Below, one piece after another: positions 9,588 to 19,137 of a stretch of DNA of 32,789 bases. A model generated the notes under the pieces. The model was given only the letters and a program-made list of their open reading frames with translations, did no database searches and was not told the DNA's origin. The translations under genes and the position numbers were made by a program. The stretch comes from Acutalibacteraceae bacterium. GTDB lineage: Bacteria; Bacillota; Clostridia; Oscillospirales; Acutalibacteraceae. The stretch lies in assembly GCA_045591155.1 (NCBI GenBank), contig JAZNSJ010000096.1, positions 1-32,789 of the forward strand, in the 5' to 3' direction. Position 1 is the first letter of the stretch. Every line of letters begins with the position of its first letter.

Positions 9588-11180
9588 TTGAAAAAAGTAA
9601 TCTCTATTTTAATTTCTTTAATTTTAATAATTTTACTTTGCGGCTGCAGGCAAAATTCTACTAACCTTAGTAGTGCACAAAACAACAGCAATATATCGAC
9701 TGAGTCGCTTGAGCAAAAAGAAATAAGCTTATTGTATTCTTATACCGACAGCCTTAATCCCTACACGGCAATAACTGCTGCCAACCGTGAAATAGCAGGG
9801 CTTTTGTATGATAGTCTTGTAAAGACCAATAATAATTTTGAGCCTATTTTTGTATTGGCGCAATCGGCAGAAATTAAGGATAAAATTTGCGAGGTAAAGC
9901 TGCGTGATGCTCGTTTTACCGATGGTAGCGCCGTTACGGCAGACGATGTTATTTACTCATATAAGATTGCTAAAGAAAGCGCTCGATATATGCATAATTT
10001 TTATGAGGTCGTGTCGGTTTTGGCAATCAATTCAAAAACGGTACAATTTAATCTTTCGCAGTGCGACGAATATTTTATAAATCTACTTACATTTCCAATA
10101 ATAAAAACAGGCACAGCGGGTGTTTATGACAGTGATGGTAAAGAACTCGCGCCTATAGGCTGCGGTAGGTATCAGATTTCTAAAGATGGCACGTATTTTG
10201 AACAAAACAACAATTATTACGGCAAAAAAGGCGCTATAAAAACTGTTAAACTAATAAATTCGCCCGATGCGGTTTCAACCTCTCATTATGTAGAGGTTGG
10301 GGCAACGGGAATGTATTATACCGATAGCGGCAACATAGTTCGTATGAGCGGCAAAAAAACCGAGGTTAATCTTAACCGACTTGTATATATAGGTATAAAT
10401 GATAGCTACGGCTCGTTACAAACAAAAGAAATGCGTTATGCTATTTCTTCCGCTCTTGACCGAGATGCTATTTGTCAAACTGCATATTACAATAATGCTT
10501 TGTCGGCAAATGGATTTTTTAATCCATTATTTAAGCCTACGGGTGCGCTTCAAACTATTGAAAGTAAACCTAATTATAAAATAACGGTTGAAAATTTGTT
10601 AAAAATAGGGTATAATAGTATGAATTCAAGTGGTTACTATGCAAATGCATCGGGCAACAACCCCGTATTTACCTTACTTGTTAATTCAGAAAACAGCTCG
10701 CGCGTTACGGCAGCAAATCTTATTGCGGCGCAGTGTAAAGCGGCGGGCATACAAATAAATGTTACCCAGTGCACATATGAGCAGTATATTCAAAGATTAT
10801 CAAGCGGCAGTTTTCAGCTTTACTTGGGCGAAATACAATTGCTTGATAATATGGATATGACCCAGCTGGTTGTTGCAGGTGGTACGGCGGCATATGGTGT
10901 AAGTGATAAGATTGTGTCACAAACGCCAGACCAAAATCCACAAGAGCCACAACCATCTGAACAAGTCAGCGCATACGCTTCGCCGTGTAAGACTATACTT
11001 GAATCTTACCACGAAGGGCAGTGCGGCATTGGCGATGTAGCAGGTACGTTGCTTACCGAAATGCCACAAATACCTGTGTGTTATCTTGAGGGCGTATTGT
11101 TTTACGATTCTGCCATAAAAGGCGGGGTAGAAGCAAGCAGCAGTGACATTTATTTAAAATTTGAAAACTATGAATTTTAG
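9588..11180 (+). CDS. ABC-transporter family-5 (peptide/nickel-type) substrate-binding lipoprotein, orphan
   Basis: TTG start after GGTGGTGA. The signal peptide ends in the lipobox LLCGC. The length (530 aa) and the general SBP_bac_5-like sequence character fit. No permease or ATPase genes are adjacent. Confidence 0.7.
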   Translation: MKKVISILISLILIILLCGCRQNSTNLSSAQNNSNISTESLEQKEISLLYSYTDSLNPYTAITAANREIAGLLYDSLVKTNNNFEPIFVLAQSAEIKDKICEVKLRDARFTDGSAVTADDVIYSYKIAKESARYMHNFYEVVSVLAINSKTVQFNLSQCDEYFINLLTFPIIKTGTAGVYDSDGKELAPIGCGRYQISKDGTYFEQNNNYYGKKGAIKTVKLINSPDAVSTSHYVEVGATGMYYTDSGNIVRMSGKKTEVNLNRLVYIGINDSYGSLQTKEMRYAISSALDRDAICQTAYYNNALSANGFFNPLFKPTGALQTIESKPNYKITVENLLKIGYNSMNSSGYYANASGNNPVFTLLVNSENSSRVTAANLIAAQCKAAGIQINVTQCTYEQYIQRLSSGSFQLYLGEIQLLDNMDMTQLVVAGGTAAYGVSDKIVSQTPDQNPQEPQPSEQVSAYASPCKTILESYHEGQCGIGDVAGTLLTEMPQIPVCYLEGVLFYDSAIKGGVEASSSDIYLKFENYEF

Positions 11181-11192
11181 GAGGATTTATTT

Positions 11193-11543
11193 ATGATATC
11201 TTACGAAACCAGAACAGGCGCTATCTGCTTTACCGAGAACTTTTTAAGCAAGCTCATAGGTCATGCTGTAACCTCTTGCTTTGGTGTTGTTGGTATGATG
11301 CCTCATACCAATCGTCAGCGTTTATTTGGCCTTGTAACAAAAGAACAGGCGCTGGACACAGGTATCAAAGTAACGGGCAACGCTAATCAAATAGATGTTG
11401 AAATTCATATAATGGTGACCTACGGTATGAATATTACCGCAATTGCGGCAAGTATTACCGAAAAGGTAAAGTATGTAGTAGAAGAATCTACCGGTATTAC
11501 CGTAAATAAGGTAACCGTAAAGGTAGACGGAATAAAAGAATAA
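11193..11543 (+). CDS. Asp23/Gls24 family envelope-stress protein (YloU-like)
   Basis: 116 aa with a GGAGGA RBS. Sequence: FLSKLIGHAVTSCFGVVGM...VEIHIMVTYGMNI..ITEKVKYVVEESTGI.V.KV.V.VDGI. It sits in the conserved position upstream of the DAK2 protein and recG. Confidence 0.88.
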   Translation: MISYETRTGAICFTENFLSKLIGHAVTSCFGVVGMMPHTNRQRLFGLVTKEQALDTGIKVTGNANQIDVEIHIMVTYGMNITAIAASITEKVKYVVEESTGITVNKVTVKVDGIKE

Positions 11544-11582
11544 GAAAACTATTCTTGTCAACTGTAGAAGGAGTGTTTATTT

Positions 11583-13259
11583 TTGTTTAACGGTAATATT
11601 TTAAGAGACGCTATTATTTCTGCCGCTAACAATCTTGCAAACAATCGCAAGCCGGTAGATGACCTTAACGTATTCCCTGTGCCCGATGGTGATACAGGTA
11701 CAAATATGTCTATGACATTATCAAATGCTGTTCGTGAGCTTGAAAAGGTAAGCGGCGAAACAGCAGGTAAGGTAGCTGCTATAAATGCATCTGCATTGCT
11801 TCGTGGTGCGCGTGGTAATTCGGGCGTTATAACCTCGCTTTTGTTCCGCGGTTTTGCAAAGGGTATTGGCAATGACGAAACTGTAACCGCTCAAAATCTT
11901 GCTGCTGCTTTCAAATTGGGCGTTGAGGCAGCATATAAGGCTGTTATGAAGCCAACCGAAGGCACAATACTTACCGTTGCGCGCATAGCAAGTGAACGTG
12001 CCACAGCCGCATTTGAGTCTGGAAAGGATGCGCTGGCAGTTTTTGCCGATGCTATTGAGGGTGCCAAAGAGGCGCTTGCCGAAACTCCCGAGCTTTTGCC
12101 TATGCTTAAAAAAGCAGGGGTTGTAGACGCGGGTGGTCAAGGCTTTGTAATTATTCTTGAAGGTATGATGTCTGTATTCCGTGACGGTGTTATTATTGCT
12201 TCAAATAGCGGTAGCACCGAGATAGAAGAAACAGATGAAAGCGAAAGCCGCAATGCAGCAGGTGAATTTGAAACTGAAATTACATTTACCTATTGTACCG
12301 AGTTTATTGTAAAGCGTGACCCTGAGTGTGCAAAAGAGCCTTCTGAGCTTCGCGCATATCTTGAAACAATCGGCGACTGTGTTGTTGTGGTAGACGACGA
12401 AGAAATTATAAAGGTTCACGTTCATACCGACCATCCTGGTAATGCTTTTGAAAACGGTCTTACCTTTGGTGCGCTTACAAATATGAAGGTTGAAAATATG
12501 CGTGATCAGCACGAGCGCGCAAAGCACGATGCTAAAAACGCTAAAAAGGCGCCCGCAAAAACGGCCGATAACGAAAAGATTGAAGCGGTAGAAATAACAA
12601 AGCCTATAGGTTTTGTATCGGTTTGCGCTGGCGACGGTATTGCCGCATTATTTATGGACCTTGGTGTAGATACCATAGTTTCGGGCGGTCAAACAATGAA
12701 CCCCAGTACCGATAATATTTTACGTGCTATCGAAAGCACACCCGCAGAAACGGTGTATGTGCTTCCTAATAATAAAAATATTATTATGGCAGCCGAGCAG
12801 GCTATTCCTATAAGCACTCGCAAGGTTATAGTACTTCATACAAGAACTATTCCGCAGGGTATTGCCGCGATGCTTAACTTCGACGAAAGTATTGATACCG
12901 AGGCTAACGCTATTGCTATGCAAAAGGCGGCAGAAGGAATTGCTACCGGTCAGGTAACCTTTGCGGCTCGCGATTCAGACTTTGACGGTCACAAGATTAA
13001 GCAGGGCGAAATTATGGCTATGACAGGCGGTAAAATTTCGTTTGTTGATACCGATATTGAGAAGGCTACTTACAAGCTTGTAAAATCTATGATTAAACGT
13101 GACAGCCAGTTTGTAACCGTAATTTACGGTGCAGATATTACCGATACTCAAGCAGCTTCACTTGAACAACAGCTTAATGAAAAATTCGGCAGCAAGGTAG
13201 AAATTACCTTTGTAAACGGCGGTCAACCCGTGTATTATTATATTATTTCTGTAGAGTGA
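11583..13259 (+). CDS. DAK2 domain-containing protein (YloV-like)
   Basis: TTG start 9 nt after GAAGGAG; 558 aa. The N-terminus NVFPVPDGDTGTNMSMT...RGARGNSGVI is the Dak phosphatase/DAK2 signature. Synteny is yloU-yloV-recG. Confidence 0.9.
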   Translation: MFNGNILRDAIISAANNLANNRKPVDDLNVFPVPDGDTGTNMSMTLSNAVRELEKVSGETAGKVAAINASALLRGARGNSGVITSLLFRGFAKGIGNDETVTAQNLAAAFKLGVEAAYKAVMKPTEGTILTVARIASERATAAFESGKDALAVFADAIEGAKEALAETPELLPMLKKAGVVDAGGQGFVIILEGMMSVFRDGVIIASNSGSTEIEETDESESRNAAGEFETEITFTYCTEFIVKRDPECAKEPSELRAYLETIGDCVVVVDDEEIIKVHVHTDHPGNAFENGLTFGALTNMKVENMRDQHERAKHDAKNAKKAPAKTADNEKIEAVEITKPIGFVSVCAGDGIAALFMDLGVDTIVSGGQTMNPSTDNILRAIESTPAETVYVLPNNKNIIMAAEQAIPISTRKVIVLHTRTIPQGIAAMLNFDESIDTEANAIAMQKAAEGIATGQVTFAARDSDFDGHKIKQGEIMAMTGGKISFVDTDIEKATYKLVKSMIKRDSQFVTVIYGADITDTQAASLEQQLNEKFGSKVEITFVNGGQPVYYYIISVE

Positions 13260-13267
13260 TAAATTTA

Positions 13268-15292
13268 ATGTCTAAATTAGATACCGACATAAGATTTTTA
13301 AAGGGCGTTGGCGAAAAACGCGCCCAGCATCTGTACTCACTGGGCATCGATACAATCGGTGCCCTTTTGCGTTATTATCCGCGCGGATATGAGGATTTTA
13401 GCAATATTAAGCAGATTTTTGATTGTTTTGCCGAGCAAAAAGTGTGTGTTAAGGCGCGCATTATTACTCCCATTATCGAATATCCAATACGTAAAAATAT
13501 GACGCTATATAAATTCAAGGTGAGTGACGGTACTGCGCATATGCAGGTTACTATTTTTAATAATAAATATTTGGCTCAGCGCTTAAATGAGGGCTGTGAA
13601 TATCTTTTTGCAGGCAAAATTCAAGAGGGTAAATTTGAGCCTCAAATGTCTTCGCCCGAAATTCGCGAGGTAGGGGATACGGGTATATTGCCTATATATC
13701 CTGCTTCTAAAAATATGACTTCATCAGCGCTGGGTAAGCTTGTAAAAACTGCGCTTGAAGGTTGTGAAATAGATGATGTTCTGCCCGAATGCGTAAGGCA
13801 GTCTTACGGGCTTTGTGATTTGCGCACAGCAATACATAATATTCATTATCCTAAAAGTAAAGAAGCGCTCCAAAAGGCAAAAGAGCACCTTGTTTTTGAG
13901 GAACTTTTTGTGTTGCGCACAGGACTTATGTTGCTTAAAAACAAGCGTAAAATAAAATCCCCTTTTATTTTTGCAAAAGATTATACTCAAGAATATATAA
14001 ATTCGTTGCCATTTAATATGACCGATGCGCAAAAAAGAGTTATAGGTGAATGTGTGCGTGATATGGCATCGGGTAAAGTAATGAACCGTTTGGTTCAGGG
14101 TGATGTTGGTTGCGGCAAAACCGCTGTTGCGGCAGCGCTTATGTATCATACGGCAAAACAGGGTTTTCAAGCGGCTATTATGGCGCCTACCGAAATTCTT
14201 GCCGAACAGCACTATAAAAATCTTTGCGAAAGCCTTAAAAATACTGATATAAGTTGTGTATTGCTTACGGGGTCGCTCAAAAAAAGCGAAAAACAAAAAG
14301 CAAAAGAATTACTGCTTAGCGGCAAGGCGCAAATTGCAGTAGGCACACATGCGCTTATAAGTGGTGATGTAGAGTTTAAAAATTTGGCACTGGTAATAAC
14401 TGATGAACAGCACCGTTTTGGAGTAACACAACGTGCCGATTTGTCGGGCAAAGGTTTACATCCTCACACTCTTGTTATGTCAGCAACACCTATACCAAGA
14501 ACCCTAGGTCTTATCATTTATGGTGATCTTGATATAAGTATAATTGATGAATACCCGCGCGGCAGACAGCAAATAGAAAACTACTGCGTAGAATCGGTAT
14601 TAAGGCAAAGAGTTTTCGGATATATTAAAAAGCATATTGACGAGGGTAGACAGGGCTATATAGTATGCCCTATGGTTGAAGAAAACGAAGAAACAGATAT
14701 AAAAAGCGCCGAGCAATATTTTGCCCAAATACAAAACGGTGCATTTAAAGACTATCGTGTAGGGCTTTTGCACGGTAAAATGAAGCCTAAAGACAAAGAT
14801 GCTGTTATGCGCGCTTTTAAACAGGGCGAAATACAACTACTTGTATGTACTACAGTAATTGAGGTTGGCATTGATGTGCCAAACGCCGCTATAATGGTAA
14901 TCGAGAATGCCGAGCGGTTTGGACTGTCACAGCTTCATCAGCTGCGAGGCAGAATAGGCCGAGGAGAACATAAATCAACCTGTATATTTATATCTGATTT
15001 TAAAAATGGCACTACCGCAGACAGACTAAAGGTTATAAAAGAAAATACCGACGGCTTTAAAATTGCAGATGAGGATTTGGCGTTACGCGGTCCTGGTGAC
15101 TTTTTAGGGTCTCGTCAGCACGGGCTTCCAAAACTTAAAATTGCCGATATTTATGCCGACAACAACATTTTGCGGATGGCAGGCATGGCGGCAGCAAATC
15201 TTCTTGAAAGAGATCCCAAACTTACCGAGCAAGGCAATGCAGGTTTACGTCAAGAAATAATTTTAATGTATAAAAAACTTAATGAAAACTAA
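13268..15292 (+). CDS. recG: ATP-dependent DNA helicase RecG
   Basis: Motifs: LKGVGEKRAQHL (HhH), wedge/OB region, GDVGCGKTAVA, VITDEQHRFGV, SATPIPRTL, QLHQLRGRIGRG. ATG 13268 is preferred. GTG 13256, which overlaps the upstream TGA, is an alternative start. Confidence 0.95.
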   Translation: MSKLDTDIRFLKGVGEKRAQHLYSLGIDTIGALLRYYPRGYEDFSNIKQIFDCFAEQKVCVKARIITPIIEYPIRKNMTLYKFKVSDGTAHMQVTIFNNKYLAQRLNEGCEYLFAGKIQEGKFEPQMSSPEIREVGDTGILPIYPASKNMTSSALGKLVKTALEGCEIDDVLPECVRQSYGLCDLRTAIHNIHYPKSKEALQKAKEHLVFEELFVLRTGLMLLKNKRKIKSPFIFAKDYTQEYINSLPFNMTDAQKRVIGECVRDMASGKVMNRLVQGDVGCGKTAVAAALMYHTAKQGFQAAIMAPTEILAEQHYKNLCESLKNTDISCVLLTGSLKKSEKQKAKELLLSGKAQIAVGTHALISGDVEFKNLALVITDEQHRFGVTQRADLSGKGLHPHTLVMSATPIPRTLGLIIYGDLDISIIDEYPRGRQQIENYCVESVLRQRVFGYIKKHIDEGRQGYIVCPMVEENEETDIKSAEQYFAQIQNGAFKDYRVGLLHGKMKPKDKDAVMRAFKQGEIQLLVCTTVIEVGIDVPNAAIMVIENAERFGLSQLHQLRGRIGRGEHKSTCIFISDFKNGTTADRLKVIKENTDGFKIADEDLALRGPGDFLGSRQHGLPKLKIADIYADNNILRMAGMAAANLLERDPKLTEQGNAGLRQEIILMYKKLNEN

Positions 15293-15302
15293 GGAAAAGG
15301 CA

Positions 15303-17021
15303 ATGTTAAAAAGATTTTTAAGTTATTATAAACCACACAAGGTAATCTTTGCGCTCGATATGCTGGCATCGTTTGCAATGTCGGTAATAGCAATTTTTTA
15401 CCCAATGATTACCCGTAAAATGTTAAACGAGCTTATACCCCAAGAAAGATACCGCGAAATAGTAATCTACGGAGTGGGCTTGCTTGTTGTGTACCTGCTT
15501 CGTATGGGACTTTCGTACTTTGTGCAGTATCAAGGTCATATGATGGGTGTAAAAATGCAGGAAAAAATGCGAAGCGACCTTTTTGCCCATCTTGAAAAAC
15601 TACCCTTCTCTTTCTTTGATAATAATGAAACGGGTAAAATTATGACACGAATGACAAGCGACCTTTTTGACGTGGTAGAGCTTGCGCATCACGGCCCTGA
15701 AAATGTTATAATAACCAGCGTGTCAATTATTATTTCATTTGCATATCTTATGTCTATAAACGTGCCGCTTTCTCTTATACTTTTGGTTTGCGTGCCAATT
15801 TTAATTATAATATCCTCGGTTCTTCGCAAAAGAATGCGTGATGCATTTAAAAAACGCCGCGAATCAAACGCTGTAATAAACGCAGCACTTGAAAGCAGTA
15901 TATCGGGCATTCGTGTTACAAAGGCATTTACCAATGCCGAAAAAGAAATACAAAAATTTTCAATGGGCAATACCCAGTTTGTAGAAAATAGCCGCAAGGC
16001 ATACAAGGCTATGGGACAATTTTTTTCGCAAACATCGTTTATAACCGATGTTTTTAATGTTATTTTGCTTATTGCAGGCGGATTTTTTCTCTTTAATGGT
16101 AAAATTGCAAATTTTGGCGATTATTCAGCGTTTATAGTTTCTATTAATCTTTTTATAAACCCCGTAAATACACTTATTCGTTTTATGGAGTCTTTTCAAA
16201 ACGGCATAACGGGATTTGAACGATTTGTTGAAATTCTTGATACACCTATTGAAGCCGATAGTGATGATGCAGTTGATGTTGGTGAGCTACAAGGAAATAT
16301 TGAATTTAAAAATGTTACATATGGTTATGGTGATGGTGACAATGTACTTAAAAATGTGAGCCTTAAAATTAATAAAGGTCAAACCTTTGCGCTTGTAGGT
16401 CCATCGGGTGGCGGCAAAACCACTATATGCCACCTTATACCGCATTTTTATGATATACGCGAAGGTAAAATTTTGATTGACGGCATAAACATTAATGAAA
16501 TTACCCGCGAATCGCTTCGTAAAAATATTGGTATTGTGCAGCAAGATGTATATCTGTTTAATTCAAGTATTAAAGAAAATATACTTTACGGCAGACTCGA
16601 TGCTACCGACCAAGAGGTTATTGAGGCAGCAAAACGCGCTAATATTCACGATTATGTGATGACTTTGCCTAATGGTTACGATACCGTTATAGGTGAACGC
16701 GGCGTAAAACTTTCGGGTGGACAAAAACAGCGTCTTAGTATTGCACGTGTGTTTCTTAAAAATCCGCCAGTACTTATTCTTGATGTGGCAACAAGTGCGC
16801 TTGATAACGCCACAGAGATTATGATACAGCAGTCGCTTGATGAGCTGTGCAAGGGTAGAACAACGCTTGTTGTAGCACACCGCCTTTCTACCATTAAAAA
16901 TGCCGATGCAATTGCGGTTGTATCGGGCGGCGAGATTTGTGAGTGTGGCTCACATAACGCGCTTTTAAATGCTAATGGAATTTATGCAATGTTGCACAAA
17001 CAGCAATTCAGGCAAGAATAA
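15303..17021 (+). CDS. ABC exporter, fused permease/ATPase (MsbA/multidrug-type half transporter) with an atypical Walker B
   Basis: It has six N-terminal TM segments, then GPSGGGKTT (Walker A), LSGGQKQR (signature) and VVAHRLST (H-loop). Walker B reads LILDVATSALD, with Val in place of the catalytic Glu. ATG 15303 (RBS AAGGAAAAGG) is preferred over 15282, which overlaps recG. Confidence 0.9.
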   Translation: MLKRFLSYYKPHKVIFALDMLASFAMSVIAIFYPMITRKMLNELIPQERYREIVIYGVGLLVVYLLRMGLSYFVQYQGHMMGVKMQEKMRSDLFAHLEKLPFSFFDNNETGKIMTRMTSDLFDVVELAHHGPENVIITSVSIIISFAYLMSINVPLSLILLVCVPILIIISSVLRKRMRDAFKKRRESNAVINAALESSISGIRVTKAFTNAEKEIQKFSMGNTQFVENSRKAYKAMGQFFSQTSFITDVFNVILLIAGGFFLFNGKIANFGDYSAFIVSINLFINPVNTLIRFMESFQNGITGFERFVEILDTPIEADSDDAVDVGELQGNIEFKNVTYGYGDGDNVLKNVSLKINKGQTFALVGPSGGGKTTICHLIPHFYDIREGKILIDGININEITRESLRKNIGIVQQDVYLFNSSIKENILYGRLDATDQEVIEAAKRANIHDYVMTLPNGYDTVIGERGVKLSGGQKQRLSIARVFLKNPPVLILDVATSALDNATEIMIQQSLDELCKGRTTLVVAHRLSTIKNADAIAVVSGGEICECGSHNALLNANGIYAMLHKQQFRQE

Positions 17022-17044
17022 AAAGTTAATATGTTGATAAAAAT

Positions 17045-17085
17045 AACCCAGAGGCGATTTTCAAAAATCCCCTCTGGGTTGTTTT
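17045..17085 (+). terminator. intrinsic terminator after the ABC exporter
   Basis: AACCCAGAGG (17045-17054) pairs with CCTCTGGGTT (17071-17080), followed by GTTTT. Confidence 0.7.
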
Positions 17086-17221
17086 GCACTAGGTCGTTTA
17101 ATATACCACACAGTAAGAAACATTAAAAAATATGTATTTTTATATTAAAGACAAATTTTTTACAATATATTACAATATGTATTGTGTAAAGTGTATAAAT
17201 ATTTGGGGAGGGGGAAATTGT

Positions 17222-18106
17222 ATGACTCAACCACCTTCAGAGTTTGTCAAATTTCATTTTGACAACTGGTTCGTTGACGACCCAATGCACATTGCTCCCT
17301 TTACGGTGTATCAGGTTGGCGAGACAGACACATATCCTGGGTTTGAACTTGCCGACCATCAAAACAATCAGCATGAGCTGACATACATTGTAAAGGGCAG
17401 TGCACAGATTACCTGTGGGGACGAAGTCTATGAATGTAAAGCAGGCGATATAATATATAATGCCAAAGGTAGCACTCACGCTATAAAAAATGCCGATGGG
17501 CATTCGCTTAGGTATTATTTTCTTTCTTTTGGCATAGACGACATATCCTCACCTGCCGAGCGAATTTTGTGCAACTTTTTTAAAAGCACTTCTTCGGGCA
17601 AGGCTACGGCAGACAAATCCATACCAAACGCTTTTCAGGACATATTTATTAACCTATATGATGAGGACGAGCTTTCAAAAGCGCTTATAGTAGATAGTAT
17701 AAGAAAAATACTTATCTACACCCACCGCTCATTTGAAGGTAAGGCAAATCGGGTTTATATTCCTGATGTACGTTTTGGTAAAAAGCGCATTATTTCACAA
17801 ATTTGCGCTTTTATTGATTCTAGTGTAGAAGATATAGCTACACTAAAAAAATTGCCTGAAAAATTTGGTTACAGTTATTCTTATTTATCGTCGTTTTTCT
17901 CAAAATCAATGGGAATAAGCCTTAAAAATTATTTTTTAATAAGCCGACATAAATATGAATGCGACCTACTAAAAAGTGGACTTTCGGTTACCGAGGTTTC
18001 TGAAAAAATGGGATACAGCAGTATCCACGCTTTTAGTAATGCGTTTTCGGCTCGAGAGGGCGTAAGCCCCAGCGTATATGCCGATAAGCGAAAAAAGAAA
18101 ACATAA
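17222..18106 (+). CDS. AraC-family transcriptional regulator (cupin sensor + HTH), paralog 1
   Basis: The start was moved to ATG 17222 after GGGGAGGGGG. The N-terminal cupin-like part is HELTYIVKGSAQITCGD...GSTHAIKN. The C-terminal part, ...SYLSSFFSKSMGISLKNYF...GYSSIHAFSNAFSAREGVSPSVY, is the AraC HTH signature. Confidence 0.9.
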   Translation: MTQPPSEFVKFHFDNWFVDDPMHIAPFTVYQVGETDTYPGFELADHQNNQHELTYIVKGSAQITCGDEVYECKAGDIIYNAKGSTHAIKNADGHSLRYYFLSFGIDDISSPAERILCNFFKSTSSGKATADKSIPNAFQDIFINLYDEDELSKALIVDSIRKILIYTHRSFEGKANRVYIPDVRFGKKRIISQICAFIDSSVEDIATLKKLPEKFGYSYSYLSSFFSKSMGISLKNYFLISRHKYECDLLKSGLSVTEVSEKMGYSSIHAFSNAFSAREGVSPSVYADKRKKKT

Positions 18107-18110
18107 ATAA

Positions 18111-18153
18111 AAAATCAAGTCTTTATCTTGTGTAAGGGCTTGATTTTTTATTT
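18111..18153 (+). terminator. probable terminator between the two AraC paralogs
   Basis: AAAATCAAG (18111-18119) pairs with CTTGATTTT (18139-18147), followed by TTATTTT. The loop is large and partly self-paired. Confidence 0.5.
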
Positions 18154-18248
18154 TGCTTTTGAAATAATAAGAAATGACAAAGAAAAATATTGTTAATGTC
18201 AAATAAAATCTTTTGCATTTGTGCTAAAATTTTAAAAGAGGTGGCAAC

Positions 18249-19121
18249 GTGGCTGATTTTGTAAAATTTCATTTTGATAACGGCTTTTATGAAAAGCCAA
18301 AAAACTTTTCGCCCTTTAGCATCATTCAGGTTGGTGATATTGACACCTACTCTGGTTTTAAGTGTAAGCGCCATATTCAAATAGCGCACGAAATCACATA
18401 TATTGTACGCGGAAAGGCCAATATACTTTGCGGCGATAAAACATATTTTTGCAAAACGGGTGATATAATTTTTAACCCAAAAGGTGTGGCACACGCCATC
18501 GACAGTGCTGACGGTCATTCGTTAAGATATTATTATTTAGCGTTTGATATAATCGATAGCAGTGATGTTTGCGAGCAAATGCTACTTGATTTTTTCAAAA
18601 ACGATAAAAATGCAGGTAGCACACAGGCCGACCGAAGTATACCGTATACTTTTCACGATATTTTTTTAAATCTATACGGTAACGATCAGCTTTCAGAGGC
18701 TATAGTTAAAGATAGCATACGAAAGCTTTTGATATACACACTGCGTTCGCTAAAGGGTGAGGCAAACAGTGTTTATGTGCCCGATTTGCGTTTTGGTAAA
18801 AAACGCGTAGTTGCACAAATATGCTCATTTATTGATTCAAACGTTGAGGATATTAACACGCTAAAAAAACTTCCCCACAAATTTGATTATAGTTATTCGC
18901 ATATATCGTCATTTTTTTCAAAATCGGTAGGGTTAAGCCTTAAAGAGTATTTTTTAATAAGCCGTCATCGTCGAGCGTGTGAATTATTAAAAAGCGGTAT
19001 GACCGTTACTGCTGTAGCCGACCGAATGGGATACAGCAGTATACACGTATTCAGCAAAGGCTTTTCCATACGTGAGGGAATAAGCCCCAGTGCATATGCG
19101 CAAAAATATAAAACAAAATAA
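18249..19121 (+). CDS. AraC-family transcriptional regulator, paralog 2 (tandem duplicate of 17222-18106)
   Basis: GTG start after AAAAGAGGTGG. It is collinear with paralog 1 along its whole length (FVKFHFDN.F, GHSLRYY, RFGKKR..QIC.FIDS.VEDI.TLKKLP.KF.YSYS, GYSSIH.FS..FS.REG.SPS.YA). Confidence 0.9.
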   Translation: MADFVKFHFDNGFYEKPKNFSPFSIIQVGDIDTYSGFKCKRHIQIAHEITYIVRGKANILCGDKTYFCKTGDIIFNPKGVAHAIDSADGHSLRYYYLAFDIIDSSDVCEQMLLDFFKNDKNAGSTQADRSIPYTFHDIFLNLYGNDQLSEAIVKDSIRKLLIYTLRSLKGEANSVYVPDLRFGKKRVVAQICSFIDSNVEDINTLKKLPHKFDYSYSHISSFFSKSVGLSLKEYFLISRHRRACELLKSGMTVTAVADRMGYSSIHVFSKGFSIREGISPSAYAQKYKTK

Positions 19122-19137
19122 AAAGCGAGGTTATATT

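Noticed and set aside
13724-14296. 190-aa minus-strand ORF antisense to recG
   Set aside because: It lies entirely within the well-supported recG CDS. Its composition is low-complexity and Lys/Phe-rich, as expected for antisense AT-rich coding DNA, and it has no RBS.
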